64,000 nt of DNA from a bacterium (GTDB lineage Bacteria > Electryoneota > Electryoneia > Electryoneales > Electryoneaceae): positions 416,001 to 480,000 of the forward strand of contig OY769902.1 of assembly GCA_963669175.1 (NCBI GenBank). Reading direction: 5' to 3'. The position numbers and the translations under genes are program-made. Under the pieces are notes generated by a model. It saw only the letters and a list, made by a program, of their open reading frames with translations, was not told the DNA's origin and made no database searches. Positions 19,610 to 27,832 of the stretch are shown piece by piece (the first letter of the stretch is position 1; each line of letters opens with the position of its first letter).

Positions 19610-20647
19610 ATGCGCAAGCTGTTTACGACACAATTCGCGGTGGTCACGGTCTTCCTGATCCTGGCTACCGCATCTCACGGACAATATGTAAGCAACGTGT
19701 CAAAAGTCGGCACTACTGCTGCCAATTTCCTTGAAATCGGCGTGGGTTCTCGCGCTATCGGGATGGGCGGAGCATATGTGTCCGTAGCTGAAGATGTCAG
19801 CGCCATTTACTGGAACCCGGCCGGGTTGGCACGCCTGGAACATGGTGAGGCCGGGTTTGTCCACACCGAATGGCTGGCTGATATCAATTTTGATAATGTG
19901 TCAGCTACTGTTCCCATGGGTAACGGCATGGCCATAGGCGCCTTTGTCACTACACTGAACATGGGTGACATGGAAGTACGGACTGTGGAGCAACCGGAAG
20001 GAACCGGTGAGATGTTCCAGGCCGGTGACATGGCGATGGGGGTAGCTTATTCCGCCATGGTCACACGTAACCTCAGCCTCGGTGTTACAGGAAAGTACAT
20101 TCACCAGCGCATCTGGCATATGACTGCTTCTGCCATGGCCGTCGATATGGGGTTGTTGTTCAATACCCCATTCAAAGGCCTGACACTGGGCATGTCGCTG
20201 ACCAATTTCGGTCCGAAAATGCAGATGTCCGGTCGTGACACCCAGGTGTACTACGATCCCGATCCCGACAATCCCGGCAATAACGAGCTGATCCCGGCAC
20301 AGTACGAGCTGGAAGAATGGCCGCTTCCCTTGACCTTCCGTGTAGGACTGTCCAAGGATGTGCTGGAATCTGCCTATGGCATTCTGAAACTGTCTGTAGA
20401 CGCCGTACACCCGAACAACAACTATGAATATGTCAATCTTGGCGGAGAATACAACTGGCGGAACTGGTTCTTCCTGCGCGCCGGCTGGAAAACACTGTTC
20501 CTGGATGATTCAGAACAGGGCTTGACGGCTGGTGTTGGCGTTCGTTACGGACTGGTTGGCAATACAGCGCTTATCGCCGACCTGTCTTATGCAGAATTCG
20601 GACGATTGGAACATGTAATACGCTATTCGATGGGAGTGCAGTTTTAA
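19610..20647 (+). CDS. PorV/PorQ-family (UPF0164-like) outer-membrane beta-barrel
   Basis: KVGTTAANFLEIGVGSRAIGMGGAY, AIYWNPAGLA, C-terminal Phe. Confidence 0.85.
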   Translation: MRKLFTTQFAVVTVFLILATASHGQYVSNVSKVGTTAANFLEIGVGSRAIGMGGAYVSVAEDVSAIYWNPAGLARLEHGEAGFVHTEWLADINFDNVSATVPMGNGMAIGAFVTTLNMGDMEVRTVEQPEGTGEMFQAGDMAMGVAYSAMVTRNLSLGVTGKYIHQRIWHMTASAMAVDMGLLFNTPFKGLTLGMSLTNFGPKMQMSGRDTQVYYDPDPDNPGNNELIPAQYELEEWPLPLTFRVGLSKDVLESAYGILKLSVDAVHPNNNYEYVNLGGEYNWRNWFFLRAGWKTLFLDDSEQGLTAGVGVRYGLVGNTALIADLSYAEFGRLEHVIRYSMGVQF

Positions 20648-20722
20648 TACGTTGCTGAACATTCCGCCTGGGTTGTTCAGGAAATAGTGTGATACAAGCG
20701 TACACGTGAATCGTGTACCTCT

Positions 20723-20776
20723 CCACCCGGTGAGGCAGACAAAGTAGAGCCGGCAAGCTGCCTCACCGTGGTTTTT
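20723..20776 (+). terminator. terminator-like hairpin between PorV and GH2 genes
   Basis: cggtgaggcag ... ctgcctcaccg 11-bp stem followed by tggttttt. Confidence 0.6.
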
Positions 20777-20801
20777 CTCTCGACCGGAAAGGGGGCGCAT
20801 T

Positions 20802-23279
20802 ATGTCTCTGTCCCTGTTTGCATATGATAGCCACGAAACCTTCCCTCTCACTACCGGCTGGACATTGTCACGGGTGAACAACCCGGAGAATGATCCGACC
20901 TGGACAGAGATTCCCACCGAGGTTCCCGGCTGTGTTCACCTGGACCTGATGCGTGCCGGACTGATCCCTGATCCTTTCGTCGGTATGAATGAAAAAGAGG
21001 TGGCCTGGGTTGCGGAAGAAGATTGGCGCTACACCTGTGACTTTGACCTGGGGGAAGACTGGTCAAAGCGCGACTCCGCCAACGTCCGGCAACTCGTGTT
21101 TGAAGGCCTGGACACATTCGCTGATATCATTCTTGATGGTGAACTAATTGGTGAAGGGGATAATGCCTTTATCCCTCACCGGTTTCCTCTGCCTGATACG
21201 CTCAAACCGGGATTGCACAGGGTGGAAGTTCTGCTTCGTTCTCCTGTACAGACAATTGAAGCGTTATCCCGGGAACGTGGTCATGCCCCGGCCTGGGATG
21301 GTGGTCCACGCAGTTGGGCGCGTAAACCGCAATATTCATTCGGTTGGGACTGGGGCCCCATCCTTCCCACATCGGGCATGCACCGCCCGGTATACCTGCA
21401 GCGTTGGTACGATGGCCGTATCGGCTGGTATCGTTATGAATGTGAACCCGCCGAAGAAGCCTGGACAGTCAGGGTACAGGCTACCGTCCAGGCGCCGCAT
21501 ACCGGCGAATACCGCTTGCTGGGTTCACTGCAACGCAATGATAACAAAGTCGTGGATCAGACGACCTTCTACGCAGAGGCTGGTGCAAATACCGTATCGC
21601 TGACCTTCACAGTGCCCGATCCGGACCTCTGGTGGCCTGCAACAGAAGGTGAATCCGCCCTGTATGGTCTCGAGCTGGAATTGATACGCAACCGTCGATC
21701 TGTCCATACCATTCGGGAACATATCGGCCTGCGTACGGTTGAGTGGGTGGAAGAACCCGACAAATGGGGCAAGAGCTTTTATGTCCGTATTAATGGTCGC
21801 GACATCTTCTGCAAAGGCGCCAATTGGGTGCCGGGGGATTCCTTTACCTCACGCGTGACTGAGCAACAGGTTCGCAGGCATTTCCAACTGGCTATTGACG
21901 CCGGGATGAACATGCTGCGTATATGGGGCGGCGGCCAGTATGAACCTGCCTGGTATTACCGTACCGCTGATGAAATGGGCCTGATGATCTGGCAGGATTT
22001 CCCGTACGCCTGTTCCCTCTACCCCGATGATCTGACTTTTACCCACAATGGTGATCTTGAAGCGCGAACAGCGGTGCAACAACTCGCTCGCCATGCTTCC
22101 ATCGTTATCTGGTGCGGGAACAATGAAATTCAGCGTGATGAGGTGATGCTCGCAACACAGGACAGTATCAAGGTTTTGGAACGTGACTATTGGGATGTAC
22201 GAATTCGACAGGCTTTAGCCGACAATGATCCGTCCGCGTTTTATATTCAATCCAGCCCTACCGGTGGGAGTTTTGCCAATGACCCACGTGAGGGCGACCG
22301 TCATGTCTGGGAAGTCTGGAACGGCTGGGGGGCGACAAAAGACTATCTCGACCAGGAAGCACGCTTCATTTCTGAATTCGGTTTTCATGGCTTCCCCCAC
22401 CCCGAGACCCTGCGTGATGTGCTGCATCCCGGCAAGGTCACTATTCAGGATGAAACGCTGGAATGGCACAACAAACAGGTTGACGGACCGGAACGTCACC
22501 ATCGATACCAGGCCGCCATGTACCCGGTGACAACCGATTACAACTGTTTCTTGCGTCAATCACAGGACTTGCAGGGTCGCACACTCAGGATGGCAATCGA
22601 GCACTGGCGCCGACATATGCCACGAACCATGGGAACCCTGATCTGGCAGTTGAACGATTGCTGGCCGGTTATATCCTGGAGCCTTTATGATTACCGCTTC
22701 CGTCCCAAGGCATCGTGGTACCAGGTTCGCAGGGCTTTTTCGCCAAGAACGGCCTTTATCACCGGAAAAGACAAGCCGGTACTATGGACGGTCAACGATA
22801 CAGCTACCGATTGGGAAGCAAACCTTGTCGTGTACTGTTATGGTTTGAATGGCGTCAAGATACAGGAAAAAGTAGTGCAACTGGATGTACCCCAAGGACG
22901 CGCAGTCCCAATAACAGACATAGACGTCGCTAATTGGCTTAAAGAGAGCGAAAACTGTTTCCTTGCCGTTGATGTACTTAACGGCAGTAAATATTGTCCA
23001 CTCAGCACATGGCTGCCGTACCCCTTCAAACATCTTCCGCTTGAACAGAGCGAGATTGAATTGAAACCGGCCATCTGGGATGATCAGGAAGGCTGGCTGG
23101 TGCGAGCTGTTGATAAACCAGCTTTTGGCGTGTGGCTTTACGATCCTGACCAGCCCGACCTGATGCTTTCGGACAACGCTTTTGATCTGATGCCCGGTTA
23201 CGAGAGGTTTGTTGTTGGCATGAATTGTTCAACCGGAAAACCCATGCCGATCAGGAAACTTGAGGTTTGGTCCCTCTGA
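20802..23279 (+). CDS. GH2 beta-mannosidase
   Basis: VPGCVHLDL, FEGLDT, RKPQYSFGWDWGP, KGANWVP, NMLRIWGGG, WQDF, WCGNNE, RFISEFG, WQLNDCWP..SW. Confidence 0.93.
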   Translation: MSLSLFAYDSHETFPLTTGWTLSRVNNPENDPTWTEIPTEVPGCVHLDLMRAGLIPDPFVGMNEKEVAWVAEEDWRYTCDFDLGEDWSKRDSANVRQLVFEGLDTFADIILDGELIGEGDNAFIPHRFPLPDTLKPGLHRVEVLLRSPVQTIEALSRERGHAPAWDGGPRSWARKPQYSFGWDWGPILPTSGMHRPVYLQRWYDGRIGWYRYECEPAEEAWTVRVQATVQAPHTGEYRLLGSLQRNDNKVVDQTTFYAEAGANTVSLTFTVPDPDLWWPATEGESALYGLELELIRNRRSVHTIREHIGLRTVEWVEEPDKWGKSFYVRINGRDIFCKGANWVPGDSFTSRVTEQQVRRHFQLAIDAGMNMLRIWGGGQYEPAWYYRTADEMGLMIWQDFPYACSLYPDDLTFTHNGDLEARTAVQQLARHASIVIWCGNNEIQRDEVMLATQDSIKVLERDYWDVRIRQALADNDPSAFYIQSSPTGGSFANDPREGDRHVWEVWNGWGATKDYLDQEARFISEFGFHGFPHPETLRDVLHPGKVTIQDETLEWHNKQVDGPERHHRYQAAMYPVTTDYNCFLRQSQDLQGRTLRMAIEHWRRHMPRTMGTLIWQLNDCWPVISWSLYDYRFRPKASWYQVRRAFSPRTAFITGKDKPVLWTVNDTATDWEANLVVYCYGLNGVKIQEKVVQLDVPQGRAVPITDIDVANWLKESENCFLAVDVLNGSKYCPLSTWLPYPFKHLPLEQSEIELKPAIWDDQEGWLVRAVDKPAFGVWLYDPDQPDLMLSDNAFDLMPGYERFVVGMNCSTGKPMPIRKLEVWSL

Positions 23280-23281
23280 TG

Positions 23282-23770
23282 ACCGGGCAAAGTGCGATTG
23301 CATGTACAATACCAGTGCGATTGTATGTACAGGATTAAGTGGTTGGGTGGCCCGATTCGCAGGTGATGCAACTCCCACAATCGCTTTCGCATACAAACTC
23401 TCGCTTCAACATGGTTGCCAGTCAGGCCTTTTGAGCGCATCGGGGTATAGTCAAATATTCAAGAAAGAGATATCTCGATCCATCTTTCATCCTTTTTCAC
23501 TTTTTTCACTTCATCGCACCTCCCAGGCTCCCCCCAATCCCGACTTGCTCATCATCCGCATCACAAGACGACGCCCCGAAAATGTTGTCAGTATTTCGAG
23601 AATATCATGCTACATTTCCGGCAAATCGGGCCATGCACTCTCGGCAAAGTGCGATTGCATGTACAGGATTAACAGGATATCAAGGATGAAAAGGATGGTA
23701 ATGCTGAACCCACTATCCTTTTTCACTTTTTTCACTGCCTACTTTTTTCACTTTCTTCTTTTTCACTTCA
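23282..23770. repeat. composite repeat junction between the convergent operon arms
   Basis: direct repeat ggcaaagtgcgattgcatgtaca (~23287, ~23643); two 95-97-bp CCCGA cassettes; caggat 9-mers; tttttcact 9-mers at ~23490 and ~23717-23767. Confidence 0.8.
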
Positions 23771-25288
23771 TCGCGGCTCCCACTGCACCGCCCAGGTATA
23801 GGTCGCGGGTGAAGGCGTCGCAGGACGGTTTGGGAAATGGCGCTTCCTGTAGAATACAGACATGTCCATTACATCCATCGTATCCAGCACACGTGTGTTG
23901 AATTTAACTCCCCCACGCGCTTTTACCTGCTCATCGATCCATTTCAGGACAAGCTTGTCTGTTTTTCTGGCGCTTATGTTGGAATCTTTCACCCCCAGCA
24001 CTTCGGTGATGCGTTGTGCCGCTTCCAGCGAGAGTACATGACGATTCCATATGGCAGTGTTTACCGCAACGCGTGCATTTGCGTCAAATCCATGATCACA
24101 CGCCAACTTGTCCAGATGATCAAATTCTATCCGCCAGATAATGGCGTCACGAAGAGTAGCAGCAAAGGCGGCGCGATTCTCGTTCCAGGGTAAGGGCTGT
24201 GGAGAGGTTTGCAGCTTTTCCAGTGTTTCACGTACTGTCCAGGTGATTTCCCCATCCGGTCCGTGAATAACCACCATCGGCTGATTGGGATGAAGCGACG
24301 GCATATCATCCAGGGCTTGTCCCGGTTGAACGACTTCATTTGTCCCGGCAAACATCGGTGGAGCAAAATCTGTTATCCGGTTATCTTTCGGCAAATTGCC
24401 ATATAGATAGCTCGCCACCGCTTCAAAAGGTTCGGGGGCAATATTCATCCGTGCGCCTTTCATGGACTCACGGATAAAGGCATGTGTTTCAGTTCGCACT
24501 TTCCTTCCCTTCAACACATCCCTTACCCAGGGGCCGAATTCTGCAAAAGCCGCTTCACTGGGAATACGGTGCATTTCAAATCCTACATTTCTTAGTACAT
24601 ACCAGCCGCCCTCACCTTCGACCGGGCCAACGATTTCTCCCTGCCCCAATTGGAAAGCCGAATCCTCAAAGGCCTCACTGGTGGTGTTCCATTGCAGTGG
24701 TTGTTCTTGAATCAGGATTGCCTTACCCAGAGCCTGGGTTTTACCGGCTTCACGAAATGGCACTCCATGGCTCAACTGTGTCATGACAGCTTCGGCGGTA
24801 GCAGAGTCCTGGCAAATCCAGGCATCCAGCTTGATGTCACGAATGGCGCGAAGAAAATGAGTGGTTACTTCTGACGTATCCAGTTTGACGCGGCGCTCCA
24901 CCTCTTCACGTAAGAACTCCTCCACACGCGCTTCAGCTTCCAGCTCTTCCTGCATGCGCCGCACTGTCGCAAGGGTATCCCACCCCTTTTCAACAGCAGC
25001 ATATGCGAACAGACGCTCCAGCGCCAGCGCTTCCAGGAAATCAAGACGCGCCTGATCCCCCTGCCCAACATGGGGACTGGTTTCATAACGCCAGCGGAAC
25101 TCGCGGGTGAAGATCGTATCCTGCCCGATTACTGCCAACCATGGCCCCTGGTCAGGGATTTCCACTGACTCCCCGTATCGTGGAAGCGTGGAATACAACA
25201 CCCAGCCAATCCCGGCAGCCAATAACACAGCCAGCAATACCATGGGCCAGTGAAAACGAACCGGTTCCTTACGCCTGTACTGAAGCAT
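23768..25288 (-). CDS. membrane-anchored SurA/PrsA-like peptidyl-prolyl isomerase-domain protein
   Basis: N-terminal TM helix; LAVIGQDTI..REF; A..A...GWD; FEDSAFQLGQGEIVGPVEGEGGWYVL parvulin motif. Confidence 0.72.
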   Translation of the reverse strand: MLQYRRKEPVRFHWPMVLLAVLLAAGIGWVLYSTLPRYGESVEIPDQGPWLAVIGQDTIFTREFRWRYETSPHVGQGDQARLDFLEALALERLFAYAAVEKGWDTLATVRRMQEELEAEARVEEFLREEVERRVKLDTSEVTTHFLRAIRDIKLDAWICQDSATAEAVMTQLSHGVPFREAGKTQALGKAILIQEQPLQWNTTSEAFEDSAFQLGQGEIVGPVEGEGGWYVLRNVGFEMHRIPSEAAFAEFGPWVRDVLKGRKVRTETHAFIRESMKGARMNIAPEPFEAVASYLYGNLPKDNRITDFAPPMFAGTNEVVQPGQALDDMPSLHPNQPMVVIHGPDGEITWTVRETLEKLQTSPQPLPWNENRAAFAATLRDAIIWRIEFDHLDKLACDHGFDANARVAVNTAIWNRHVLSLEAAQRITEVLGVKDSNISARKTDKLVLKWIDEQVKARGGVKFNTRVLDTMDVMDMSVFYRKRHFPNRPATPSPATYTWAVQWEPR

Positions 25289-25297
25289 CTTTCTCCT

Positions 25298-26176
25298 TTA
25301 GAGGACAAACGGGTCTTTTATTACCACCCGACCACAATTTACATCGGACAGACCAACATACAATTCTGCCATACCGTTAGCAAATCGATTCAACCCGCCA
25401 CTGATGACGATATCGTCCAGTTCCGGGGATCGTTTCGCCTCACCGACCGGGAACACATGACGTTCGGCTGCGGTCTTTAATGGTGTCGCCGTAAGGGTTA
25501 CAGGGTCAAAGACAAACGACACGGAACGGTAGTGCTTAACTTCCATTCCACTCGCATGTTTCCTGAACTCCGCCGCATGGCCCAGGCACCCGATCCGTCC
25601 ATCTTCCAGTAACTGGGCTTCGTTTACCCCACCCCAGGTATCATCGGTGTACTGCCCTTCAATCAGGGGCGCGTTGTAGATGTCAACTTTTTCAAGTTCA
25701 TCCAGCGTATTGATAATGAGGAAACCTATTTTACCACGCCCGCCGACTTTCCCCTGGGGACGGCTGAACACACCGATACGACCGTCTTTCAGCTCCACCA
25801 GGCGGATATCTTTCATACCACGCGGCCCTGATGCAAAGTGCTTCAGGCTGGCGACATCTTCACCACGATAAAACCAGGTTTCCCATTGCATATCGCCCAC
25901 AGGAAAACGCACTCCGCCCACAATCAACTCGCCGTGTATCCATGTCGTGAACGGATCCTGCAAGGGCAAATCCGGGGTATCCGGCACACACTCCCAGGTA
26001 TCTGTATTTACCATTCGAAAAAAGCGGACATGCGAGTCCGTTTCACTGTCACGTGATTCCACACGCGCCGCCAGCCTGGTCTCACCGTCATCAGAAAACG
26101 GCGCCGTCGGATTGTACACATCCATACCCTGCACACAATCCCCGGTAAACTTCAGCAATGTTCCCTGTGTTGTCAT
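25298..26176 (-). CDS. DUF1861 / MTP-1-like (GT108-related) beta-mannoside phosphorylase-type protein
   Basis: DVYNPTAPF, ARVESRDSE, LQDPF, GGV, GPRGMKDIRLVEL, VFSRPQG..GGRGKIGF, WGGVNE, LGH, YVGLSD; ATG 26176 after GGAGG. Confidence 0.85.
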   Translation of the reverse strand: MTTQGTLLKFTGDCVQGMDVYNPTAPFSDDGETRLAARVESRDSETDSHVRFFRMVNTDTWECVPDTPDLPLQDPFTTWIHGELIVGGVRFPVGDMQWETWFYRGEDVASLKHFASGPRGMKDIRLVELKDGRIGVFSRPQGKVGGRGKIGFLIINTLDELEKVDIYNAPLIEGQYTDDTWGGVNEAQLLEDGRIGCLGHAAEFRKHASGMEVKHYRSVSFVFDPVTLTATPLKTAAERHVFPVGEAKRSPELDDIVISGGLNRFANGMAELYVGLSDVNCGRVVIKDPFVL

Positions 26177-26262
26177 TGCTCCTCCTTTTTTTCCTTCACG
26201 CAATTATTAAGCGTTCTCTGTATGTGTTTGTACGCGCTTTTAAAGCGTTCACTGTGTGTCAA

Positions 26263-26390
26263 CTGTCAGGTCACACGCATAAACAACATGCGCAAGACCT
26301 GACAGAACGGATAGAGCAGATAGTTGTCCTTTTGTACGGTATTAATGTGGTGTCAGGTCTTGATACGCGAAGCGGATTGTGACCTGACAC
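26263..26390. repeat. REP-like inverted doublet (TGTCAGGTC...GACCTGACA family)
   Basis: hairpins at 26263-26305 and 26350-26390; the second is the reverse complement of the first type (tgtcaggtcaca...caagacctgaca). Confidence 0.8.
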
Positions 26391-27482
26391 CTACAAGCTT
26401 CTCGCATCCGATGTTGCCGCCAGGGCTGTCCGAACTGCACGAATCCCGATCTCGACCGGTGCACGAAGCGAGTGCGATGGATCGAAAATCGCTTTGCCCA
26501 GATCTTTCATCATGCTTCGGACACAATTGGCATAAACGGTCTGCTTGTCATCAGGCAGCGTGAAGGCGCCACGAAGTATCCGTTCTGCCGGATAGGGTTT
26601 CCCGGCGAGGCGAACACTGCCCGGTTCACGATTCAGCTTTCTCGATCCGGTCTCCTGCCAACCGGGAAGTGTGGTCAAGGCATCAGCCAATTCGTTATCG
26701 ACCAGCGCTTCAACGGTTCCTTCCAACGGGATCCAGCCTTTCAACTCAAAACGCGCCCGTTCAAAATGCAATCGCACTGTTGTGATCTCAAACGGTTTCA
26801 GCGTGGAAAACTCATGGTAATGGGTTGCAACCAGGTGGTTATCATAGGCGATGGTCGCCAATACCTGGTCTTCCTGACGATCATTCCGCAACCGTCGCTG
26901 GCCCTTGATCGATACCGGTTGCGCTGTGGTCATATTCTCCACAAGGTCGATAAAATGCACCGCGTGTTCCACCAGGATACCACCGGAGCGCATCGAATCC
27001 CAAAACCAGTGATCCACCGGTAAATCTTCATCCTGGGCGAAATTCTCAACCGAAGCATGCCGCAGATCACCCAGGATTCCCTGCATCGCAAGGTTTGAAA
27101 GCACTTCCACCAGGGAATTGAAACGCAGCATATGATTGACCGCGACCCGTTTTCCACTACGGTCGCGTGTTTCCAAAATCGCTTGAAAATCTGCCTCTGA
27201 GAGTGCAACCGGCTTCTCGATCAGGACATGCTTACCCGCTTCCATCGCCGCCACGGCCAGCTCGGCGTGACTGGAAGGCGGGGTGACGATGGAGATAACA
27301 TCCAACGCCGGATCATCCAATAGCTCTTGCACATCTGTAGTGAATCGAGTATCTCCAACTGGATGACGCGCCGGGTCACTCTCCGCGATGCGTGTGACCT
27401 GTAAACCATTGTCCACGCTCCAGCAACGATCCAGGAATGCACCGAAACCGCCGTACCCGATAATGCCGATATGTATGGTCAT
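26391..27482 (-). CDS. Gfo/Idh/MocA-family NAD(P)-dependent oxidoreductase
   Basis: IGIIGYGGFG, TPP.SH, AGKHVLIEKP, SGGILVEHAVHFID. Confidence 0.92.
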   Translation of the reverse strand: MTIHIGIIGYGGFGAFLDRCWSVDNGLQVTRIAESDPARHPVGDTRFTTDVQELLDDPALDVISIVTPPSSHAELAVAAMEAGKHVLIEKPVALSEADFQAILETRDRSGKRVAVNHMLRFNSLVEVLSNLAMQGILGDLRHASVENFAQDEDLPVDHWFWDSMRSGGILVEHAVHFIDLVENMTTAQPVSIKGQRRLRNDRQEDQVLATIAYDNHLVATHYHEFSTLKPFEITTVRLHFERARFELKGWIPLEGTVEALVDNELADALTTLPGWQETGSRKLNREPGSVRLAGKPYPAERILRGAFTLPDDKQTVYANCVRSMMKDLGKAIFDPSHSLRAPVEIGIRAVRTALAATSDARSL

Positions 27483-27518
27483 GCTCGCCTCGCTTTACAG
27501 GAAGAAGATTTCTGACTC

Positions 27519-27825
27519 ACAGGATGATAGGATACAAAGATATCAAGGATAGGTTTGATTGAATTTACAGGATGAACAGGATGATTAGGATAGCAAGGAC
27601 AAAACACTAAACAATTAAAATTTATGTTGTTTATTGTATACATTGACCAACGATTTTATCCTTCAGTTATCCTATTATCCTACTATCCTGTCAGGTTTTC
27701 TTTGCGTCTTTGCGTGAAATAAAGAATTAAAAGGTCTATTTACGGGTTATACAGGTGTGATAGCCTATCCTTTTCTTTCTTTACGTTATTTACCTTTTTT
27801 ACTTCCTCACTTCTTTGCGTGAAAC
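27519..27825. repeat. AT-rich composite cassette (caggat 9-mer arms, ctttgcgt repeats)
   Basis: acaggatgaacaggatgattaggatag ... atcctattatcctactatcctgt inverted arms; ctttgcgtctttgcgtgaaa (27700) and ctttgcgtgaaa (27813). Confidence 0.8.
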
Positions 27826-27832
27826 AGAGATT

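Noticed and set aside
23260-23901. 213-aa ORF across the convergent junction
   Set aside because: Translation of repeats (AKCDCMY twice, F-rich runs); overlaps both neighbouring genes
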